From Vicugna vicugna (Eukaryota), in contig MU061579.1 in NCBI GenBank assembly GCA_013265495.1, forward strand, positions 1,207,159-1,271,158: a DNA stretch of 64,000 nucleotides, given 5' to 3'. The first letter of the stretch is position 1. Each line of letters begins with the position of its first letter. Shown piece by piece: positions 54,193-64,000 of the stretch. The notes below the pieces were generated by a model. The model was not told the origin of the DNA, searched no databases, and saw only the letters and a list, made by a program, of their open reading frames with translations. A program made the position numbers and the translations under genes.

Positions 54193-55739
54193 AATCTATT
54201 TTGAATCCCAAATTTTCTCATGAATAAAAATCAAACACTAAATAGTAATATATGTATATTAGAGAACATTGAAAGAAATTAAAATTGATATAAAAAGTAA
54301 TCTTTGTTAATTTTCTTCTGAGAATGCAAAGATTCATTGATAAAGTTTTTAATTGTTTCCAACAGATGATGAAAACATTACATCATGTTCAAAAAATCTT
54401 TTTAAATGACAGCAAAGTAGTTTCATTCACTGAATGTAAAATATGTGCATTGTATCAAGCCTGGAGAAATGGGATATTAATATGACTTGTCTTTTTTTTT
54501 TCCTTCACAAAACTTATATTAGAGGGAAAGAAAAATGAAACATAAACTTAAATAAGGAAAATGCATGAAAAAACAATATCAGTATGAACAAAGATGTTAT
54601 CATATTTTAGGGGTTAATATGTTCCTCACTTTAAGAGGAAGAGTCAGCACAATGTAAAGGTGTTTTATGAGTAAGAAAATGTGTGTGTGTATAGTCAAAG
54701 GAAGGGATATACTCTCAGAATCATTATATGCAATGGAAATAAGACAAAAACTCAGCATCCCTGTCTGTCAATGTCACAGAGGCAAAGACAACGTGGTGAT
54801 TAGCTAGGAAGATACACTTAGATCAATTTATCACTTATTATTGAGTAAATATTCCAAACAGTGAATTTACCGGGTAATTTGTAAATTTATGTTTAGAAGA
54901 CATATGCATATTTATGCGATAGATAACTCTAGAGGATTACTACTCTGCAAAACATGACCAATTTTGTACCTAACTCAGCGAATTCGTCTTAACATTTCTT
55001 TATTTATTGCTGCAAAATATCTTCTCAAATGCTCTTTGAATTGGTCATAGAATTATACAGTTTACTATATTGTATTAATTAATGAGTTAAATATGATATT
55101 TTATATTTGTATGAGAATCACATTTATTAACCTTCAAAAGTCATTTTATATGTATATGCACACACGTACATACTTTCAGGCAAATGCAGTCATGTGGAAT
55201 GTGATGGTAAAATGGTAAATAGCTGAACAATGTTAGCTGAGCAAAGCATTGTCAAAATTTCTGAACAGAGGTAACAAGATTACATGATGATGAAAATAAA
55301 ATTGAAAAAATAGGTCTAGAATAAATCATGGAGGTCTTTGCGGTTGCTTATATGTTTTCTTTCTTATTTTGAATTTTTCATACATTGAATTTTTAGTTAT
55401 TGATTCATTTTATTTTTGTTTTATTTAAGAATAGGAAAAGCATAGGAAATAATACAATAACACTTGTGTACCCCAGTTTTTCACATTAAAGATACAGGAT
55501 ACAAATTTGGTAAATTTGAAGTTCCCTTTTCTTTCAATCATTTAATGTAAATTTTTCTTATTTGTGCCATACATATATGTATGTGTGTATGTGTGTGTGT
55601 GTTTCCTACCCACAATTACGAAGAGTGTTCTCTTTTATAGTTTCCTAATAGTAATGTAGATGAATATGTGTGTGCATGCACATATATACATACACATGTA
55701 TATGCATGTGTGTGAGAAAGAGATTACTCCTCTCATCCT

Positions 55740-56340
55740 ATTGAATTTAGTATCTCTTTATAATGATTTCCGATATGTTGTATATCAATCTTCTATTCTT
55801 GTTTTCCTATTTACAAGCTTACTGGATATTAAATAAGCATGCAGTTTCCCACTTTATTGAGTTGTATGAAAAATGTCTCTTGGAATTTTGATTGAAATGG
55901 CACTGAATTTATGAAAGAACTGATTTTTTTTGAAGTATGGAGTCCATCCCTGAATATAATATGGTTTGTTTATTCATGACCAATTATAGTTCCTAACATT
56001 TTGAAATTATTTTGTTAGATTTATATATAAGTAATATTTGGGGACAATTATAGTCACATCTTTTATCATACTATATACACCGTTTTCATAGCTGATGTAA
56101 ATAAATGCTATTGTTTTTTGTTTCTATGGATTTTCTTTTTATTCAGTCAACCTTGTGGAACTCTGTTTTCAAGCATTTACTGATATAGTCATTTGAATTT
56201 TTATATACACAGTTGCATTTTCTACAAATAACAATAACGTTGTCTCTTTTCTCCCCCAACCTAGTGTTTTTTCTTCTTATTTTGCTTATATTTTAATTCT
56301 ATTGGCTAGGATGTTTAGAATAACTTTGTATAGTAAATTA
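55740..56340 (-). mobile_element. Ancient L1ME-like ORF2 remnant
   Basis: TTGGAATTTTGATTGAAATGGCACTGAATTTAT, TTTGTTAGATTTAT, ATTGGCTAGGA. Confidence 0.55.
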
Positions 56341-56839
56341 GTTATGATTACTAAAATTTGGGATGCTTTTCTCAAACATACCTTTTAACTCACTATTTAT
56401 GTTATTTTTACTATATGCTGAATTTAGTTGAATTAGTTGAATTTTTAAATTGTATTTCATTTTCTTCCTGCTTGGAAGTTATATATTCCATTAAACACGA
56501 AGGTAACCAATATCTCGATTATTCTGCCACATGAAAGGAACTTGAATTACTTTTCTCTTATACTTTACTACTTCAGTTCACCTTGTTTTTGACACCAACA
56601 TAATGAATCTCTATCTCTATTTTTTTCTAAGGTAAGTGATTATGTAGGTTCAACAATAGATTCACAGATCTTTTTTTAACTTTACCAGCTTTATTCTTTA
56701 TTCTGTGTTCCTTATTGATAAAATAAAACCTTGTGGGTTTTTTTTCTTTCCAGTAAATCTCTTCAGGGATTAAACTGTTTCACATTTATTGGAGTAAAAG
56801 CTTTGTATGTCCCTTACTCAAATTATATTTATATATTAA

Positions 56840-57560
56840 TTGAGTCAATAAATATTTTGAACATTTTTTATAAGCCTTGACATTGCTCTAGGTGTCAAGG
56901 CTGTGTAACATTGCACGAAGAGACTAAACTGCCCTCAACGGACTTACTTTACAATCAATTCAGAAAAGGTTGTTGGTTAAAATATATATAGCATATAGTG
57001 TGTCTATTGGTTATTAGGAGAAATAACAATAAAGAAAGGTAAAGAATTCTTCAGCCTGGGAAGAGGAGTGCAAGTTTACAAAGAGTGGCTGAGAAAAACA
57101 TTCTTGATAAAGTGGACAATCTGATGATATAGAGGAGTGGGCCATGCAGTGATATTAACACCCACAACATTGCAGAGGAGACACACAGCAAGTGGAAATC
57201 TGAGCCAGAAGGGGTAAAAGTACAGCTACATGTTTAGTGTGGCTGAAGGGAAGTAAGTGGAAGAGAAAGTAATTTAGGGGAGAGAGAAAAGAACTAAGAG
57301 AAGTTGAGATCAGAAAGGCATTAGCTTTTGAGATCTTATGGTCCTTGTTCACTTGGCTAAGGTCTTTCTTTTTTAGAGGAGTAAGATGAGAAGCCATTAG
57401 ATAATTTGTAATGGTGGAGTGAGATGATCTTTCATCCTAAAAACATGTTTTCCATTTGCACATTTATAATGCATGGAGCATGAGTAACATCCACATGGAT
57501 ATGAGCCGTAGATGTTTAGAGATACAATTTTGTAGCTCAGGGAAGAATCCAGGTTCTATC
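56840..57560 (-). mobile_element. L2 remnant (host of the 57587 L1; resumes near 58490)
   Basis: AATAAATATTTTGAACA..CATTGCTCTAGGTG..CTGCCCTCA..GAGTAAGATGAGAAGCCATT..GCTCAGGGAAGA. Confidence 0.65.
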
Positions 57561-57586
57561 TTATTTTTTGTTAAAAATAACAAAAA

Positions 57587-58454
57587 CATTATTTTTATAA
57601 TTTTTATGGCTGAGTTGTATTCCATTGTGTAAATATACCACAGCTTCTTTATCCAGTCATCTGTCAAAGGACATTTAAGTTGTTTCCATGCCTTGGCTAT
57701 TGTAAATAGTGCTGCTATGAACATTGGGGTGTGTGTATCTTTTTGAATTAAGATTCCCTCTGGATATATGCCCAGGCGTGGGATTGCTGGATCATATGGT
57801 GAGTCTATTTTTAGTCTTTTGAGGAATCTCCATACTGTTTTCCATAATGGCTGCACCAAACTACATTCCCACCAACAGTGTAGGAGAGTTCCCTTTCCTC
57901 CACACCTTCTCCAGCATTTATTTTTTGTGGACTTTTGAATGATGGCCATTCTGACTGGTGTGAGGTGATATACAATGGAATACTAGTCAGCCATATAAAT
58001 AATAAAATGATGCCATTTGCAGCAACATGGCTGGACCTGGAGATTGTCATACTAAGTGAAGTAAGCAAGAAAAAGAAAGAAAAATAGCTTATGATATCAC
58101 TTATATGTGGAATCTAAAAATAAAAAAGACAAATGAACTAATTTATAAAACAGAAACAGACTCACAGACCTAGAAAACAAACTTAAGATTAATGGGGGGA
58201 AAGGGAGTGGAAAGGGATAAATTGGGAGTTGGAGATTTGCAGATGCTGACTACTATATATAAAATAGATAAACAACAAGTTCATACTGTATAGCACAGGG
58301 AAATATATTCAATATCTTATAGTAACTTATGGTGAAAAAGAATATGAAAATGAATGTATATATGTTCATGTATGACTGAAGCATTAATGTATACCAGAAG
58401 TTGACCCAACATTGTAAACTGACTATACATCTGTTAAAAAATATATATATACAC
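57587..58454 (+). mobile_element. Second 5'-inverted L1 (twin priming with junction duplication)
   Basis: ORF2 C-terminus on the minus strand at 57587-57970 ([19 protein letters not shown]..), then sense ORF2 end and 3' UTR at 57969-58454. 13-bp TSD AAAAATAACAAAA (57573-57585 / 58455-58467) at a TT|AAAAA site. Confidence 0.92.
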
Positions 58455-58769
58455 AAAAATAACAAAAGAAAAAAGAAAAAATAAGTAAAGATTGGGAAGT
58501 ACATTAAACAGATAAATTTCTTATTTGTAGGATCTTTAAGAATATTTTGTGAATTTCCAGGAGTACTATAAAATATGTGGTATTTAACAGAACCTTTCAT
58601 GCTGAGAATCTTATAGGTAAATAATTCTACTGTGAGTGACATTCTGAATATCAGAATTTAGTGCAAATGTGTCAGATTTGCTCTCTCTTCAGGCTGATTT
58701 TCTCCTAAACACTTTAATAATATTTGAGTCCTATCTGTAATTCTGATTATTTACTTCCTTTATTCAAAC

Positions 58770-59215
58770 AACTAAAATGGCCCTTTAATGCTTCTAGGAT
58801 AAATTTCAAAGTCCTATCTGAAATGAACTTTTTCTACTTATCTCGTTTAATTCCACTACTCATTCTTAAACATGATGACCTTCAATCATATTGAATTAAT
58901 TGAAATTCCTGAACTCACTCTGCTTTTCTTATATCCATAACTTTCATGTCCTTTTTCCATTTTTTTTTTGCTAAAATGACTTTCTCCTTCCTTTTTTGTT
59001 GGCTAAGTTCTGTTCATTGCTTCATATCTAACCTTTCTTGAGCATATTTTCTATTTTCCTCCTCCCATTTCCAGAATGGTTTAAGCTTTTCTCTGGTAGT
59101 TTCTTGACTCCCAAGCATTCATTCTACCCATATCAAAATTTGCTAATGTGTCTTTTTCCTCAATGAGATTAATTTCTTAGCACATTGCCTAATACATACT
59201 TGGAATAAATGGAGT
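58770..59215 (+). mobile_element. L2 3' remnant
   Basis: AGGATAAATTTCAAAGTCCT..TTCCTGAAC..CTTAGCACATTGCCTAATACATA. Confidence 0.5.
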
Positions 59216-61258
59216 AAGGTAAATAATATGTTCCTAATTTTGTATTCACCTAAAAGTTTAGGTGAGCATTTTTGACTCTGACATTAGTTAACTGCTCTTT
59301 TTTTCATGAGTATTTGCCCCTGTTAATATTTTCTTGTCCACTTTCCAATTCCGGTGTCCTTTTGGGGGGGGGATAAAAATAGACTTGAAATAATATAGTT
59401 GAAAGAAATTTAGATATTTGCTCCCTTCCATACTTAGAGTGCTTTGCCTTAAGTTGTTTTTATTAATATCAACGTGCAGTATTACTGAGTTATCTTTCCT
59501 CTTATACACTATTATTAATCATAGGAACCAGATGTGATAATCCAGCATTTAATTTCATTAAAACTTGACATGCTTTCTCTTTAATATGATTACATTATAT
59601 ATGATTATATATGTCACACTTATCTTGCAGATGATGAATGTTAAAAAAGTTGATCTAACAATGTGATTAACTGATTGTATTTAGTTTAAGTATTATAAAT
59701 AAAAATAATTGTATAATGTTTGTTTGTATTTTTAATTTCATAATGCCAATATAAATAAAGGTATGAATGCAACACACATCTGTGTAATGTATCCATTGGG
59801 GATAATAGAATTTGACAAAGTTTAATATTTCATGTCTATCCACCCATATGCACTTCTTTAAAGAAAGTCAAATCCCAAGCAGGCACAAGACATAATTATT
59901 AAAGATTTATTAATGTTATATGTGCAGTACTGTAGTGTTTTAATCTGCATTATTAAACCAGCTGAAAGTCTTCAGGACTTAAGTGCATTAAATTTAATGC
60001 ACACTAGTTAACAGAATTTCCACAAAAACATTGTTGGGGACCATTTAAAAAGGGCAGGTAGCCAATAATATACTCAGCCAAGTTGTTTTTCAAATTAATT
60101 TATCCATCTCTCAAGTTAGATCAGACAAGTTATACAATAATACAGTACTGTTGCCTGCCTGGGATTTAGAGATAAAATTAATTTTCATCATTATGTTGAT
60201 ACTGCAAATATTTACATTGGGTTTTGATTGTCCAATGCATGGAACAGATTATGGTCAATTTACTGGTGAAATGGTATATGGGTTATTTACTAGAGAAATT
60301 TATTGCTTCTAAATAGTTTTAGATAATAAAGAGGAAAGTTCTTGATTTATGTATATGGCTCATGTACTAATTTAATTCTAGATATCAAGATCATGTACAG
60401 CTGGACTTCCTTAAAGAAAAATAATCCAAACATTTCCAAATTCATATTCCTTCTCTGGAAAAGTATCTCTCTTAACATTTGTGGGTTTAGAAAACAAACC
60501 AAACCTAACACTTGTCCACAAAGGCAATCGTGTTGAGGGAAGTCATTAGAACAGGCACAAGAAAAGATAACTAACAATTAAAGCCATAGTTATGTCATAA
60601 CATGGAGAACTAAGAGATATCACTGATGAGGGAACTACATGTAATGCTAGGCTATGGGATCATGCTGCCTTTATTAAAAACAAAAAGCTAAGAAACACTT
60701 GAATTTTATGCATTACACTTAAAATTGGAGCCAATTTTTAATACTTTAATGAGCAACCCCCCACATCATTCTTAATAATACTAAAATTTTCTTATCTAAT
60801 CTTTTCAATAATATTTCTTAAAATGTTATCACACCAAAGAGGAGCAATGGAATGGAACAGAATAGAACAGAATGGAATAGAATGCAGAGTTTGGCTGTGG
60901 GCCAATTCTTATAATGTACTCTTTTATGGAGTTAGACACAGAAATGGAGAGAGAACCACTTAAAAAAGCCATAAAAGAAGCAAGAATAAAAATACCTTTT
61001 AAACTTATGAATAAAATCATTATGAAATTGAAAAAAAAAGAGACTTAAGTATTGAAAGCCTTACATTATGGCAATGCAAGATCTTGTGCAAATTCACAGA
61101 GTGTATTTTGACTTGTGTATTTCTGAACAGAAGGCATGTTTGACTCCTTATTCATTCATACATTTAGTTCCCTTGATAGTGTTTTTATATTTATAAAAAC
61201 ATTTTTAATATCTGCTTTAGCTTTAGTAAGACACTACATGCTGTAAGTTATTAGATAC

Positions 61259-61617
61259 TGTTATAGCCAGAATATTGTGTCTTTTGAAAATTCATATGTT
61301 GAAAACCAGTCTCCCATGTGATGAAATTTGGAAGTGGAACCTTTGGGAAGTAATTAGGTCACAAAGGCAGAGCCTACATGAATGGGATTAGTGTCCTTAT
61401 AAAGAAACCCACAGCTCTCATGCTCCTTCCATCTTGTGAAGACACAGTGAGAAGACCTTGCCTTTGAACCAGAAAACAGGACTCCACCAGACTCTGAATC
61501 TGTCAGCACCTGGGTCTTGGACTTCCCAGCCTCCATAACAGTGTGAAATAAATTTCTGTTGTTTATAAGCCACTCAATTGTTGGCATTTTTGTTATAGTG
61601 GCCCAAATGGACTAGCA
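61259..61617 (+). mobile_element. MLT1A-like MaLR solo LTR
   Basis: TGTTATAG..AAATTCATATGTTGAAA..ATGAATGGGATTAGTGTCCTTATAAAG..GGACTTCCCAGCCTCC..AAATAAATTTCTGTTGTTTATAAGCCAC. Confidence 0.88.
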
Positions 61618-63642
61618 GAATGCACAACACAAACACACATACATATGAATATGGAACTTAAAGTATTTTAATAAAATATTTTATAATAGGCTTCTTGTTT
61701 ATTATTCAAAATAAGCCACATAATATTGAAATATTTTCTTAATTTTTGTCTGTCTTATAGAAGTCATTATACAGGTTTTCAGTAAAGAGCACTTTGTGCA
61801 CATTTATGTATTAGACTTAATAGATTTTTATGTTGTAAATGGATAAACAAGTTTAATTATTAAACAAATATCACATTGATCCTTAAAAACCATATGAGAC
61901 AGATATTGTTATTCTAATTTTATGAAAGAACACAAACTAAGAGAGCATTAGTAGATTTCTTTTGTCAGTTTAAAAAAGCCACAAGTCTATATGACTCCAA
62001 TTTAATGTGGTGGATACTAAAGTATTATAAAACCCATAGATAATGAATCCAAGAAACTTGAACCTTTGTGATTTTCTATGCACCCTAAAAAAACAGGCAC
62101 CTGAAAAAGCATTACTTGAAAGTGTAAAGATGTCCATGACATTCAATGATGAGCAATGAAAATACAATTGATGTGCTTAGTCTTTTCATGTATAAATAAT
62201 AGAAAATATTTACCTCAAAGTTTTACATAAGAATTCAATGTGTTAACATTTATAAAGATTCTTAAACCACACAAACCACACCTAGTTCACTGCAAAGGCT
62301 TTGAAAATGTTAGCTCTTACTGTTCCATTTTTCAAATGCGGGGGTATTATTATTTTCACAGACACATTTTTTCAGATATAGATGTGAAAGATATACTGCT
62401 GATACTATTTAGCTATGACATCCTAGTAGATCAATTTCCAATAGTTCTTCTTTCTTTGTCCAATATATTATTATTTACTTTAAGATCTGAACCGTTTGTT
62501 CCTTCTTCTTCTGTAATTCTTTGATTTCCCTTTCTCCTCTTATACTTTCTTCCCTTCCTCCTTCCTCTCCTCCTCATCTAGGATTTCAGATTCTTAAAGA
62601 TAATTGAGAACTCTAACAGTAAATATTTGAAATCTGGCACTCATAATTATCCAAAAACATTCTCCCAGCAATGTACCTGTAATAAACAAAAGCCTGTATC
62701 TTTCTCTTCTATTGCCACATTGTCCTCATCTTGTGGAACTGCTGAATCTTAGAATGTTACACTGAACCCAGCAACCTGAAATATATAATAAGTGTTTTTT
62801 TAAGAGTTAAATTCTTCTCAGAATTGTATGGAATTTAAGATATATGGCAGAATAACATTTAACATAAAGCCAAAGATTTTTACAATATCTTTATTCCTAA
62901 AAACATGAACATTTGGTTTGGAACTGAAAAGTCTGTTAATTCATTTTGAATCATTCGTTTAATTTTCTCAGTATCAGTGTAAGAAAGTGGAAAGCACATC
63001 AGCCACCTATAATCACAAAACCATCAATAGCCCTTTTAAAACCCCATCCAAATGCCACCTCTATTTTAATACATAAATTACTTTCCCACATTCGTCTAAA
63101 GCCTTCTACAAGATTGCACTGTTAGAATGTACTACAATTTTTGAAAATTATTTCTGCTTTATTTTCAAAATATGCCATTTGTCATCCTCCTTCTTAGGTG
63201 AATGTTGGTAGATGTCCTCTAACACCTGAGTAAAATGTCTGTCTGTCTTTGTTGCCATTCTCCTCTTCCTTTGCCAACTTTTCCATCTATCTATTATCAT
63301 AGATTTTCTCCCTATGCAGCTTTGAATCTTAGCCTAGAAAACATATCCTTTGTTTTCATTTTTACCTTCTGCTCCATGATGATGTATTTAAACAGATTAC
63401 ATAGATATTCGTAACTTCAGAGCTAAATTTCTGCAATAACTTCCTGGTTCATCTATTCTCTCTCCCCATTGCCATTATTCTGCCAAACTTTCATTCCTCA
63501 TCTAGCACACGGTGACTAAAATACATACTTGTTTATGTCACATCCTATCCCATTTCCACACAAGCTACTGTCCTTTAACAGGTCTCTACCTCGTCAAAGG
63601 TAACATGGTCTCCAGAAAATGCTATGCAGTAGTTTTCTTTTC

Positions 63643-64000
63643 CTTTTTTTAAATTGAAGTACAGTTGGTTTACCATGTTATGTTTGTTTTCAGTGCACAG
63701 CATAGTGGTTCAATTATATATATTTAATACACATATATATACACATTACATACATACATATATATACACATTATAAAAAGCCTATAATGAAAAAGAATAT
63801 GAAAAGGGATATATCCCTTTACAAGATGTTGAATATGGTTCCCTGTGTTATACAGTAAGACTTTGTTGTTTATCTATTTTATATATAGTAATTACTATCT
63901 GCAAATTCTAAACTCCCAATTTATCCCTCCATCCCCTTTTCCAATTTGGTGACCATAAGTTTGCTTTCTGTGTCTGTGAGTCTCTTTCTGTTTTGTAAAG
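63643..64000 (-). mobile_element. Cetartiodactyl-type L1 3' end (runs off the window) with an internal micro-inversion
   Basis: Poly-T, AATTGAAGTACAGTTG..GTTCCCTGTGTTATACAG..AAACTCCCAATTTATCCCT..TGTGAGTCT. Homologous to the reverse complement of about 58140-58440. Confidence 0.9.

Noticed and set aside
57464..57949. 161-aa minus-strand ORF
   Set aside because: It is the inverted L1 ORF2 C-terminus running into flanking L2 sequence.
60843..60885. GAATG/GAACA pentamer run resembling satellite DNA
   Set aside because: Only about 8 degenerate units; an ordinary microsatellite.
1..64000. Short ORFs in the supplied track as host genes
   Set aside because: They are 60-160 aa, often low-complexity, with no recognisable non-L1 domain and no coherent exon chain. 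Those with recognisable sequence are L1 fragments or their antisense frames.
1..64000. Prokaryotic systems (CRISPR, retron, defence operon) suggested by RT motifs
   Set aside because: The RT motifs belong to mammalian L1 ORF2. There is no repeat-spacer array, operon structure or bacterial gene density.

Overview
This is AT-rich mammalian genomic DNA (intergenic or deep intronic), not prokaryotic. I find no supportable host protein-coding exon, RNA gene or CRISPR array. Every ORF with a recognisable product is a decayed LINE-1 (L1) ORF1/ORF2 fragment or its antisense shadow. The young L1 3' UTR type and the apparent absence of Alu, B1, Bov-tA/BovB, PRE1 and Can-SINEs suggest a cetartiodactyl, probably a camelid; this is inference from recalled consensus sequences, not a database result. 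The background is ancient eutherian repeats (MER44, MER20, MLT1 LTRs, an ERV1 solo LTR, MIR, L2, L3/CR1, old L1M). The notable content is structural, because most lineage-specific L1 insertions here are non-canonical. They are: (i) a TSD-flanked 2.87-kb L1 that keeps the 5' UTR, ORF1 and 3' end but lacks almost all of ORF2; (ii) an inverted, permuted patch of L1 5' UTR about 1 kb upstream, with a junction hairpin; (iii) a tail-less L1 fragment abutting a 57-bp fold-back duplication; (iv) two twin-primed 5'-inverted L1s; (v) a TSD-flanked 3'-truncated mini-L1; and (vi) a micro-inversion in an L1 3' UTR. The best candidate for something undescribed is the ORF1-only L1, if it proves to be a multi-copy family. 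I cannot support a new gene system. Repeat family names come from memory of consensus sequences, and the boundaries of old repeats are approximate.
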